Virus record (IMG/VR): IMGVR_UViG_3300034072_001021
Coordinates: 62,001-126,000 of that record
Length of the DNA stretch: 64,000 bases
Strand: one strand, 5' to 3'
The translations under genes were made by a program, and so were the position numbers. Shown here piece by piece: positions 54,416 to 63,500 of this stretch (the first letter of the stretch is position 1; each line of letters begins with the position of its first letter). The notes under the pieces were generated by a model. The model searched no databases, was not told the DNA's origin, and saw only the letters and a list, made by a program, of their open reading frames with translations.

Positions 54416-55411
54416 TTACTTCAGGATAACGTCGTACATCGCCTTAATGCGGCAACTATCATCCAGACCATCCTCGATAAATGAATGATGGAGGAAGCAG
54501 CGCATACCACAGCGGGAGTAATACTCACACGCAAAGCAGTTGTACTTCTCAACGAAACGAAGCTCGGCCTCGTCCTTTGCCATCAGTCCCTCTTTCTCAT
54601 CGAGAATAGAGTTCTTCCCGGCTTCACTCCAGCAGGTCGTCACCACATTGTCTTTGTTGACAATCTTGGTGGAACGACAGGTGGTCTCGTTGAACTTGTT
54701 TTCCTTCCAGTCCTTGATCGGATAGGAATTCGGGTACCGTTCATTGAGATGGATGTAGAGCTTACTGATCAGATCCTCGTCGGGCTGAAGATGCTCGTAC
54801 ATGTGACTCGGGATGTAATGGTCAAAGTAGACATTGAAGTTCTCACAGAGCCAGTCCACCTCGGCACCCTCTTTACCTTCTAGGAATGACTCGATGTTCT
54901 GCTTAGTGATCACGACATTGACTGTCTTGACGTAATCCTTGACTTTCACCAGGTTCTCGAAGAACTTCTTACGGTCTTCTGGGTTGAAACGCCCCGCAGG
55001 ATCGTAGGAGGTTGCAACGATACAGTTACCGTGCTTACGAAGGCGCTCAACAAGCGCTATAAGTCGATTTACGTGATAGTAGACAAGGTTGGTACCCAAG
55101 ACCAAGATAGCGTCGTCATAGTACTCCAGAACCCGTTTACCGGCTTCGTAGAATGCGTCGAACAACGAATCAGGATATTGGTCAAGGAACAACTCACCGC
55201 CAGTGAAATTGACGACGTACTGATCAGTTGGACTGGTATTGGCCAGCAACTGATCTACCTTGCCATGAATGTCAGTCATTCCGACAATAGAATCGTGATC
55301 TTGGTGGCAGAATGAACATCTCAGATTACAGTACTCAAAGAAAATAAGATGAGCCTCCTTTCGGAGGCCCTTCTTTTCCCTGAGTATGTCTACGACAGGG
55401 ATCAACTCCAT
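54416..55411 (-). CDS. radical SAM/SPASM-like protein
   Basis: YCNLRCSFC, FTGGE, LGTNL, TSYDP.GRF, TCRS, CW, CFACEYYSRCGMRC...C. Confidence 0.9.
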   Translation of the reverse strand: MELIPVVDILREKKGLRKEAHLIFFEYCNLRCSFCHQDHDSIVGMTDIHGKVDQLLANTSPTDQYVVNFTGGELFLDQYPDSLFDAFYEAGKRVLEYYDDAILVLGTNLVYYHVNRLIALVERLRKHGNCIVATSYDPAGRFNPEDRKKFFENLVKVKDYVKTVNVVITKQNIESFLEGKEGAEVDWLCENFNVYFDHYIPSHMYEHLQPDEDLISKLYIHLNERYPNSYPIKDWKENKFNETTCRSTKIVNKDNVVTTCWSEAGKNSILDEKEGLMAKDEAELRFVEKYNCFACEYYSRCGMRCFLHHSFIEDGLDDSCRIKAMYDVILK

Positions 55412-56466
55412 TACCAGTTGGCTCCTACGAGGGCCTCATTGAGCACAGAGAGATCCGCATTCAGAATGAACCGAATCAGGTTCTCATCGTACTTACCAGT
55501 ATCACGGAAAGCCATAGCAATGCGGTGTTCACCATTGAAGATGGCGTTGACACGCTCCATGCAGACTGCTGGGTCACCCGGATTCTCGACTGCCGACAGC
55601 AGCGAGAGGATCATGGACGCACGCTTGGCAGACGACTCGTCTTCCAGTACGTTCATCAGCGTGATGGCTTCTTTCAGCATGTTCTTCAGCCATGCATCAT
55701 TCGGCTTGAAGTCGTACAGGCCAGGACGCAGCAGTTGCTGGCTAGCCAGATGAGGCATGTTCACGCAGGCCTCGAACACCGTCGGTGCAGTCAGCAGACT
55801 ATCCAGATCACAACCACCTACTTCCCAGAACTTCTCACGAGTCAGGTGACGACCCCAAACTTCCAGCGCATCATGGGCGTTGCTGAGCGCAATGCGACGC
55901 AGGATGTTCTTGATGGTTTTCGGGATCTTGCCAACACGCTGCTCGGTACGCAGACGGATCAGACGCCATTCCAGCGACAAGGCATCCGGATCATCATTGA
56001 CCAGATCGACCATGGCTTCTTGGAAAGCTTCAGTGCGCTTGTAGACTTCTTCCACTTTAGCCGCAGTGAACGTGACAGAGCCGAGTACGTCTACACGAGG
56101 TTCGCCACCGGCACAGATGACAGTGTTGAACGTGGCTTTCTTGCACACCATGATCCAGCGGAAAGTGTCCAGGTCGATCGACGGCATGAGGGCCTTGATC
56201 AACGACGCGTACAGGCGCAGATAGGTGTCGCCATCGCAATAGATCATGGTCTTGTTTTCAGAAGCATGAGCTTCCTTCATTGCAGCCAGGAACTTCTCGA
56301 CGTCTACCGTATCCAGAGAAGTAGCCCAATACAGCTGCTTGCCGACTTCTTCGTGGGCAGCGGGGAAGTACTCATGGCCATGCTCGGGGGAGATGGTGAT
56401 GACATTGTGAGATCGGTCGATCCGACGCTCCGAGTCGACATACGTCGAATTAAACAGATGGTACAT
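55411..56466 (-). CDS. hypothetical protein in the radical SAM cluster
   Basis: Strong codon bias; overlaps both neighbours. Confidence 0.7.
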   Translation of the reverse strand: MYHLFNSTYVDSERRIDRSHNVITISPEHGHEYFPAAHEEVGKQLYWATSLDTVDVEKFLAAMKEAHASENKTMIYCDGDTYLRLYASLIKALMPSIDLDTFRWIMVCKKATFNTVICAGGEPRVDVLGSVTFTAAKVEEVYKRTEAFQEAMVDLVNDDPDALSLEWRLIRLRTEQRVGKIPKTIKNILRRIALSNAHDALEVWGRHLTREKFWEVGGCDLDSLLTAPTVFEACVNMPHLASQQLLRPGLYDFKPNDAWLKNMLKEAITLMNVLEDESSAKRASMILSLLSAVENPGDPAVCMERVNAIFNGEHRIAMAFRDTGKYDENLIRFILNADLSVLNEALVGANW

Positions 56467-57205
56467 GTTCGATCCCTTTCAAGAGTTCTTGACATTCCAG
56501 CATGGAGCTGCGGGCAGCAGCTTCAAGCTTAGCCACACCGTCCGGCTCTGCAATGGCAAGCAGACCAACGAACAGCGGATTGCGCTTGCTGGCGAAGTGA
56601 TGGAAGAGGTTCTTACCGGCAAAACAATACTTGTCGAACAGCATGGGGTTCCACGACAGTTCTTGTTGCTCTACCGAATTGAAGAAATTGGGGAACAGTT
56701 CATGATCGATCAGTTGGACGAAGTTGATACCGCGCAGGTCTTCACTTTCGTCTTTCTCAAACTGCTCGACCATCGATTTGGTATTCGGTGCAGTGTGCAG
56801 AGCAAACACCATGAGCGACAGAATGCGTTTGAGCCACTGTTCGATGATCTCTTCGTTTTCAGCGATGAAGTTGGCCGGATCGAAGTCCAGGAAATTCATC
56901 TCGCCCCGACAAAGCAGTAGGAGGTTGATCGCAAGATCTTCCATCTCACTGAATTTGACCAACAGCGCACTGTTGAGATACGACTTCAGCAACTCGAGTT
57001 TAGATTCTTGAGTGCTGAACGTAACCCGACAGTTGAGGTTCAAGTTGGTAAGGTACGTGAGGAACGTATCACCTTTGAACGCACTCTTGTCGTAGTCTAC
57101 GACGAATTGCACGTTCTCCTTAAACTTACGTTTCAGGTCATTGATCGGGATTGGGGCAGCGGTTTCGATGATTACCAACTCGCCCTTGTCTTGATTCTCG
57201 CTCAT
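56450..57205 (-). CDS. hypothetical protein in the radical SAM cluster
   Basis: TAGGAG RBS; operonic, directly after the Cys/His-tail gene. Confidence 0.7.
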   Translation of the reverse strand: MSENQDKGELVIIETAAPIPINDLKRKFKENVQFVVDYDKSAFKGDTFLTYLTNLNLNCRVTFSTQESKLELLKSYLNSALLVKFSEMEDLAINLLLLCRGEMNFLDFDPANFIAENEEIIEQWLKRILSLMVFALHTAPNTKSMVEQFEKDESEDLRGINFVQLIDHELFPNFFNSVEQQELSWNPMLFDKYCFAGKNLFHHFASKRNPLFVGLLAIAEPDGVAKLEAAARSSMLECQELLKGIEHVPSV

Positions 57206-57217
57206 GGTCGCTCCTAA

Positions 57218-57757
57218 TTACCGGCGGCCACGGTTACTGTGGCAGCTGCTGTGACAACTGGTGTGGCAGATGGTGTTGGTCAGGGTCAGGGTGGTGAAGC
57301 GGGTATTGAGCGCATATGCGACCCAGAGATCTTCACATGCCTGATTGAAGTCTGCCAAATTCATCTCGTTACCGTTTGCAAACGGCATGGCCACATTATT
57401 GGCAAATGCTGGAACAAACGCAACTACGTTAGCAACTGCTGTTTGATCACTGACTACCGTGGCACCAACTGAGTAGTGCGACATGTAGATCACGATACGA
57501 GTATTACGTACACCACCAAACAGATTGGTCACGTATTTGAGTGCGTTGATGACATTGGTGGCGTTGGTTTTATCCTGATCGCCCCAGCTGTCATTAGTCC
57601 ACGCAGCACCCGGTCCAGCTGTGGTTCCAGCAAACCATTCTGGAAGTGAGTACGCCGGATAGTTGTTGGTGCCCCATGCAATACCGGAAATGGCCCGGTT
57701 TCGAATCAGTGAGTTAGCGTTTGCAGTCATTCGACTGCGGCGCAGTTCTTCAGTCAT
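57218..57757 (-). CDS. Cys/His-repeat-tailed protein, putative substrate/precursor of the radical SAM cluster
   Basis: C-terminus ICHTSCHSSCHSNRGRR; starts 1 nt after the SPASM enzyme stop. Confidence 0.75.
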   Translation of the reverse strand: MTEELRRSRMTANANSLIRNRAISGIAWGTNNYPAYSLPEWFAGTTAGPGAAWTNDSWGDQDKTNATNVINALKYVTNLFGGVRNTRIVIYMSHYSVGATVVSDQTAVANVVAFVPAFANNVAMPFANGNEMNLADFNQACEDLWVAYALNTRFTTLTLTNTICHTSCHSSCHSNRGRR

Positions 57758-57758
57758 G

Positions 57759-58793
57759 TCACACCTTCAATATCAGGTTTGAATGTTGGTTTCTACCGGA
57801 AAGGTAACGGAGTGTGTTCTTCAAGCCACCGCATCGACCGTTCTGCCAAGGGAGTCTGTGACAATCACCTCCACATAGATCGAACACGTCGCAGCCTAAA
57901 CAACCCGGCTCCCATGTAAGCTCTTTTACAATTTCATTGACTCGACCGTCTGACGTCAAGAACGTCTCTATCGAATCGGTGATTTTGGCGTGGTGTTTTT
58001 GAGTGGCTGCATTAGGGCAGCCGGACAACGTACCATTGGAATTGATTGTGACCAGATTCTGTTCACAGTTCCGACAGTTAGTGTCTACCTTCACCACGTT
58101 CTTCTGGATCTTCTCTTCAAGAATATCCAAGGTCTTTATCCTGACCCGAGGAGAGCGTTCTTTATAACGTTTGAATAGCGCCAGATACCAATTGTCTTGC
58201 TCTTCGTTATTAGGGAAGATGTCAAGGTTCTCAGTAGCGCTGCCATCCAGCGTCAGTCGTTCGAGTGAACACTCTTGAATAGGGAGTGACTCCAGATGGT
58301 CCAAGAACCAATCTGGGGTCTTCTGTATCAGATCTTTACTGACCGATACCTTAACAGCAATACCAATGCCTTCATCGGACAACACTTGAAGGTTGTGCTT
58401 CCAGAGGTCGTATTGTTTCTGGTTGGACCACCTGATCCAATTGTCCCAGCTTGTCCCTATCCAGCTGCCGAAGTAATCCTTGATGAATGCGATCTGCTCA
58501 TCACTCATCTTGAACGTGAGATTACTGTTGGCGCACATGGTTACATTTTCCATGTGTTTGAATCTGTCTGCAAACCGCTTGAGCTTTTCAACAGGAACGA
58601 GGAAAGGCTCACCACCATGAAACTCGAAATGGTACTGTGTATCGTCAGGATATTGCTGGATGAACTGTTCTACCCAGTCGGCGGTTGCTTCTGGATCAAA
58701 CTGTGTTTTGTCGCCATTCTTGCCGTTGGTGAAACAGTGCTGGCAATTCAGGTTACAGGTTCCAGTCGTCTTGACGTAGATGACTTTATTCAT
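57759..58793 (-). CDS. radical SAM/SPASM peptide-maturase-like enzyme
   Basis: TCNLNCQHC, FHGGEP, NSNL, NCRNC..NLVTINSNGTLSGCP, CLGC..FDLCGGDC...C. Confidence 0.93.
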   Translation of the reverse strand: MNKVIYVKTTGTCNLNCQHCFTNGKNGDKTQFDPEATADWVEQFIQQYPDDTQYHFEFHGGEPFLVPVEKLKRFADRFKHMENVTMCANSNLTFKMSDEQIAFIKDYFGSWIGTSWDNWIRWSNQKQYDLWKHNLQVLSDEGIGIAVKVSVSKDLIQKTPDWFLDHLESLPIQECSLERLTLDGSATENLDIFPNNEEQDNWYLALFKRYKERSPRVRIKTLDILEEKIQKNVVKVDTNCRNCEQNLVTINSNGTLSGCPNAATQKHHAKITDSIETFLTSDGRVNEIVKELTWEPGCLGCDVFDLCGGDCHRLPWQNGRCGGLKNTLRYLSGRNQHSNLILKV

Positions 58794-58795
58794 GG

Positions 58796-59314
58796 TTAGA
58801 GCTTCTGTTCGATAAACAACTCGAGACCAAAACTGAGCATCACGGATTGTTCATGGTTGATGGCCTGGTGTTTGACACCACGCGGAATGTAAAGCATCTG
58901 TCCTTCTTCGAGCATGAAGTTACCACACTCGGTCAGGAACTCTTTTCGACCTTCCACCATGTAGATCACGACATCATCGAGATCGATGTGCATGGGAAAG
59001 CTCAAGGAATCTTTGGGTGACAGAAAGAGATGAGCAGATACGTAACCATAATGTCCATAGTGCTTGGCTAGTGCCGCAGCTACCTTGAACATAGTTTCGT
59101 TGAACCGCTCATAACCCTCGATCTTGACTGGACAGCAATCGACTTCCATCGCCTCCAGAACATCGGTAGGACCGTTCGCTAAAACAGACCCACCGTGTTT
59201 GATATATTTGACCAGTTGCTGGAGATAAGGATAGGGGCTTGCAAGAAGATCATCAATGCGAAGATCTTCCTTCTTAAGTCCGATCAAACCAAACTCAGAA
59301 ATTCGATGGACCAT
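58796..59314 (-). CDS. JmjC/Cupin_4 (ROX-like) Fe(II)/2OG hydroxylase
   Basis: AGGAGG RBS; SAHLFLSP...SFPMHIDLDDV...EGRK, LEEGQMLYIPRGVKHQA (HxD...K...H). Confidence 0.85.
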   Translation of the reverse strand: MVHRISEFGLIGLKKEDLRIDDLLASPYPYLQQLVKYIKHGGSVLANGPTDVLEAMEVDCCPVKIEGYERFNETMFKVAAALAKHYGHYGYVSAHLFLSPKDSLSFPMHIDLDDVVIYMVEGRKEFLTECGNFMLEEGQMLYIPRGVKHQAINHEQSVMLSFGLELFIEQKL

Positions 59315-59331
59315 TACAAGCCCCTCCTTTA

Positions 59332-60906
59332 TCAGTTCATCCAGTACGCCGGCCAGACTTGACGCCACGTGCCGTCTACAGTCGCATACAGTCGACCACC
59401 TGCATTGAGCAGTTGGATTTCCTGCGTGTTACCGAGAACGGGTTCGTTAGCACCTTCCGCCACATGGCCACTCCAAGTGGCAGGCCAGAGTTGTTTCCAC
59501 TGGCCGCTGATGTAACCCTGGAGCTTACCATTCACCACACGAAGGCTGGTATTGGTAGCAGTGTTCAGGCGGACATAACGGTTGTCATGGTCACCCGAGT
59601 TGATGTGGTCGAACATGGCCCCAGCTAACAGCAGAGTCGAATCGCTGTTGAGGTTTCGTGCACGAGTCACAGCGTTGGGGATGTTACTCAGACCAACCTG
59701 TGCTTTAGTGGTTTGGTGCGGGTTGTTGGTGTCCGAAATGTGGGCGTTCAGCAAATTGCCCGCAATGAACATGATCGCTTCTTTAGTCCGTTGTGGGGTC
59801 ATGAAGCGGTTGCTTGCAGATCCCAGTTCGGCTTCGGCTTTGGTAGCCGTTTGGAAGTTATCAACCAGACCTAGACCCACCTGAGCTTTGGTGGTAGCGT
59901 GCGGGTTGTTGGTGTCAGCTGCGTGCGCATTGAACGCGTTGCCAACATGGAACATGATTGCCTGGTAAGTACGCAGGGGTGTCATGAATTTGTTGTTGAC
60001 AGTTTGTGACTCAGCCTCTGCCCGCATGGCCGTAGCAAAGTTATCCACCATGTCGAGACCAACTTGCGCCTTGGTCACTTCATGGGGGTTATCTTTACGA
60101 GCCTCATGGATCATGGTGATTTCGGTTGCCACACGAGTCGACAGAAGGTTACTGCCGTACGGTGTCATGAACCGATCCATCAGTACACCAGCGCTAGCCT
60201 CAGCATCACTGGCAGTCAGGAAGTTATCGACGTTGCCGAGACCTACCTGCGCCTTAGTGGTACGGTGTGGATTATTGAAGTCGTCAATGTGGTTGTCCAC
60301 TTTGGTATCGACTGCAACAATCTGAGCTTCCAGCTGATCACGAATGTACTGCATCTGTGCACGCAGTTCATCATGAGACGCCTCGTCACCTACCAGGATC
60401 GCATTGGTAATGCGCTCCAGCTGCCAGGTCACGTACTCCCAGCCGTAGGTGTCACCGATATCATGGATGTGGGGTGCCGGTGGATAAGCCGTCGGACGAC
60501 CAAGAACAGAACCCCACTTGATGGGACGTTCATCCAGATCCAGTTCTTCGATCAGAGCAGCCAGCGCGCCGAGGTTCCACGAATACTCACCACCGATCAC
60601 ACGGTAGTTCATCGTGATACGAATCGGAGCATTGACTTTCAGAACGACAGCACACTGGACGTCTTTACCACTACGAAGACTAGCTTGCTGGAACGGCTGC
60701 ACCAGCAGATAGTCGTCGACCGGGCGCAGAGGTTCGAGGGTGTTGGCGTCGAAGATCTCGAACGATTCGGTGAAGAAAGGGCCTGCCATAGGAACGAACA
60801 CACGTGCCGTGTTCGTTGTGATATCTCGGACCTCACCGACGATTTCGTTCGTCGGCGAAGTACCATTCAGATCCAGCGGATACTGAATGATCGGTGGTAG
60901 ACTCAT
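59332..60906 (-). CDS. tail-fibre-like virion protein
   Basis: YPLDLNGTSPTNEI N-terminus; four NPHxxTKAQVGL repeats; duplicated W.Q.WPA.W C-terminal module. Confidence 0.85.
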   Translation of the reverse strand: MSLPPIIQYPLDLNGTSPTNEIVGEVRDITTNTARVFVPMAGPFFTESFEIFDANTLEPLRPVDDYLLVQPFQQASLRSGKDVQCAVVLKVNAPIRITMNYRVIGGEYSWNLGALAALIEELDLDERPIKWGSVLGRPTAYPPAPHIHDIGDTYGWEYVTWQLERITNAILVGDEASHDELRAQMQYIRDQLEAQIVAVDTKVDNHIDDFNNPHRTTKAQVGLGNVDNFLTASDAEASAGVLMDRFMTPYGSNLLSTRVATEITMIHEARKDNPHEVTKAQVGLDMVDNFATAMRAEAESQTVNNKFMTPLRTYQAIMFHVGNAFNAHAADTNNPHATTKAQVGLGLVDNFQTATKAEAELGSASNRFMTPQRTKEAIMFIAGNLLNAHISDTNNPHQTTKAQVGLSNIPNAVTRARNLNSDSTLLLAGAMFDHINSGDHDNRYVRLNTATNTSLRVVNGKLQGYISGQWKQLWPATWSGHVAEGANEPVLGNTQEIQLLNAGGRLYATVDGTWRQVWPAYWMN

Positions 60907-60938
60907 GGAGTTACTCCACTGGTAAATGATTCATTGAG

Positions 60939-60960
60939 GATGGGGTGTTTCCACCCCATC
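60939..60960. terminator. hairpin between the two fibre genes
   Basis: GATGGGGTG-TTTC-CACCCCATC. Confidence 0.5.
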
Positions 60961-60965
60961 TCTGT

Positions 60966-63359
60966 TTACGCGAAGTAATTCGCAAGCGCGTCGTCAATAA
61001 CAACGCCCAGCTCGTCGCATAGCGCATCGATGGAAGTTTCCACCTTAGCAGCGGTGCTCGCCGGTGTCATGAACCGATCGGTAGCAGTGCCTGCAATCGC
61101 TTCTGCGTTAGACGCATCCGGATAGTTGCTGACGCTGCCAAGACCAACTTGAGCTTTGGTAACCTGGTGAGGGTTATCTGTGCGCTGACTGAATGAGATC
61201 AGTTGATCGATCTCGGCGCTGCCTTCTTTGAGATGAGGGCAGTACACGATATTCGCTGGCTCGACAGTGATCAGCTCAGACATCTGAGTCGGGGCATCCA
61301 TCGGATTATGGATGAAGCGACGGTTCGACAGCTCAGTGATGTTCAGTCGGTTACGGCACCCGCTGGACTTCAACCAGATCTCCAATTCGGAGGTCAGGTT
61401 AGTACCCACTTGCCGTACACCAATCTCGAAAGGATTGCTTACCGGGGTGAGTTCTTTCAGGAGCAGGCTCTTGATGACCATGACCAGGTCACCCTGACCA
61501 TCGATGGTATCGCGCACAGTACTGATCTCAACCAGCACCGTGTGGTGTTTGAATTCACCTTGCGAGTTATCGTCACGACCACCAGTGATCAAGAGGGTGG
61601 TGTCTGCCTGGAGGTTATCCGGAGTCGCAGCCACTTTACCGATCCGCATCCAGTGTTCACCAGGAACAACCAACTCACCGAAATCATCTTCCAGCTCAGT
61701 GATCTCCGGCACGATGAACTGGATCGATCCACCATCAACTACCTGAGAGATCTCAGCCAACACTTCGTTGTAAGTCTTACCGTCCAGTTTGGCACTGTCG
61801 GCTGCTTTGCCGGTCAGGATATCGTTTTTGGCTTCCTCGAAGGTTTTGCCGCCGAACTTAGTCGAATCACCAGCGAGGATGGTAGAGATCCAGCCCTGCA
61901 GTGCTTCTTGATCCAGGCCGAATACCAACGCCGAGTCAGCAGCCACACCGTTGTCATCGAGCTTGTTGGCTAGCAATCCATCCATGATCTCGATGCTATA
62001 TGCACCTACTTGAGCAGCCGTCACTTGGTGAGGGTTGTCAAGATCGGACACGTGAGCGTTCGACATATCGCCAACAAGGGCGTTGATGGTACGGCGAGTA
62101 GCCAGCGGAGTCATGTAACGGTTATCCAGTGTTGCATCTTCGGCTTCTGCCTGACTTGCAACCGGATAGTTCATTACGAACTCGAGACCTACCTGAGCTT
62201 TGGTGGTGCCGTGTGGGTTCTGATCGTTGGCAATGTGGTCTGCCACACCATCGCCCAGCGTTTCGGTCATAACCAAAGCCAACAGTCGTGGCGTGATAAT
62301 GCCGTTGTCGCCGACACCAGCGATCGCATCTTCGTCAGAAGCAATACCGATGTTTGGTACGTTACCCAAACCTACCTGTGCACGAGTCACGTTGTGCGGG
62401 TTCGATGTATTCGCGGCGTGAGCCTGGAATGCGGTTTGCACAATGGCGACGATCGCTTCACGGGTACGAGCAGGTGTCATGAACCGAGCGTTGGATGCAC
62501 CAGCTTCCGCTTCCGCTTGGCTAGCAACAGCATAGTTCTGGACGTTGCTCAACCCTACCTGAGCCTTGGTGGTCTGGTGAGGATTGTTGGTGTCGTCTTT
62601 GTGCGCGTTCAGTGCATTGATCGCAATTGCTTCGATCGCCTGACGGGTGCGCAGCGGGGTCATGAACCGAGTGTTCAGAGTGCCTGACTCGGCTTCCGCA
62701 GGAGCAGCTGTGGCGTAGTTATCAACCAAACCAAGACCCACTTGAAACTTGTTGACTTCGTGTGGGTTGTTCTTGTTGTTGACGTGATCGGTCATGCCAC
62801 CTTCATTCTTCTGAATGATGGCACGTTCGATATCGCCCAGGCGATCCTCGACTTCCGACATACCGACGAAATCGTCGATATTGAAGTCATGGTTCACCAC
62901 CGGGAACTGGTGAGGCAACTCAACCATTTGTTCCCAGGTAGCAATGCGTGGGTTCTGCGTGACGTTAGCCAGCAGCTCGGTCATTGCTTGGTGATCGAGG
63001 ACCCACTCGCCACCCAGAGTCTGGTACTCCATGCGGAGCTGACCAGCCAGAGCACGATCGTAGAACGAAATCGCACCGTAGACCGGCTTTCCAATGGTAT
63101 GCGAGGCGTGAGCGAAGTGATAACCGAAGTTAAAATGCTCGCCCTCTACCAAGAGGGTACCGCCCAGAGGATTGTTTACGTTCGCACCGGCCGGATAGAG
63201 GCGCAGACGAACGCTCTCTGCATAAAACGGACCGCTACGCGGAACGATGTAGTAGTGGTCAAACATCCCACGCGATTGGATCGCTTGGGTCTCCGTAACC
63301 TTGTTGGTCACCGCGACACCCGTCGGGTCAAAAGGGTACTGCGGAATAGTTGTACTCAT
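60966..63359 (-). CDS. tail-fibre-like virion protein
   Basis: GGAG RBS before MSTTIPQYPFDPTG; six NPH...QVG repeats; DSxKxxGKT motifs; N-terminal domain paralogous to the 59332 gene. Confidence 0.85.
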   Translation of the reverse strand: MSTTIPQYPFDPTGVAVTNKVTETQAIQSRGMFDHYYIVPRSGPFYAESVRLRLYPAGANVNNPLGGTLLVEGEHFNFGYHFAHASHTIGKPVYGAISFYDRALAGQLRMEYQTLGGEWVLDHQAMTELLANVTQNPRIATWEQMVELPHQFPVVNHDFNIDDFVGMSEVEDRLGDIERAIIQKNEGGMTDHVNNKNNPHEVNKFQVGLGLVDNYATAAPAEAESGTLNTRFMTPLRTRQAIEAIAINALNAHKDDTNNPHQTTKAQVGLSNVQNYAVASQAEAEAGASNARFMTPARTREAIVAIVQTAFQAHAANTSNPHNVTRAQVGLGNVPNIGIASDEDAIAGVGDNGIITPRLLALVMTETLGDGVADHIANDQNPHGTTKAQVGLEFVMNYPVASQAEAEDATLDNRYMTPLATRRTINALVGDMSNAHVSDLDNPHQVTAAQVGAYSIEIMDGLLANKLDDNGVAADSALVFGLDQEALQGWISTILAGDSTKFGGKTFEEAKNDILTGKAADSAKLDGKTYNEVLAEISQVVDGGSIQFIVPEITELEDDFGELVVPGEHWMRIGKVAATPDNLQADTTLLITGGRDDNSQGEFKHHTVLVEISTVRDTIDGQGDLVMVIKSLLLKELTPVSNPFEIGVRQVGTNLTSELEIWLKSSGCRNRLNITELSNRRFIHNPMDAPTQMSELITVEPANIVYCPHLKEGSAEIDQLISFSQRTDNPHQVTKAQVGLGSVSNYPDASNAEAIAGTATDRFMTPASTAAKVETSIDALCDELGVVIDDALANYFA

Positions 63360-63500
63360 TTCTCTTTCTCCGTTGGGATCTCCATCGATCTGAAGACCGA
63401 TTAACGGGGATCTTGGTGTACGGCACTTTTCTAAAAACAGACTGTGTCTAATATGGAATATCAAACAACTGGCATACCATTATCGTGGGAGACGCGTTAA

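Noticed and set aside
56190-56260. KTMIYCDGDTYLR as a protein tyrosine phosphatase P-loop
   Set aside because: It does not match CX5R spacing; the similarity is too weak.
47289-59314. Cofactor (PQQ, MoCo, heme, queuosine) biosynthesis interpretation of the radical SAM cluster
   Set aside because: No PqqA-like peptide and no MoaC, QueC/D/F or other partner genes are in the window.
59332-63359. CRISPR-like or DNA tandem repeats
   Set aside because: The repeats are protein-level and vary synonymously; there is no identical repeat-spacer array.
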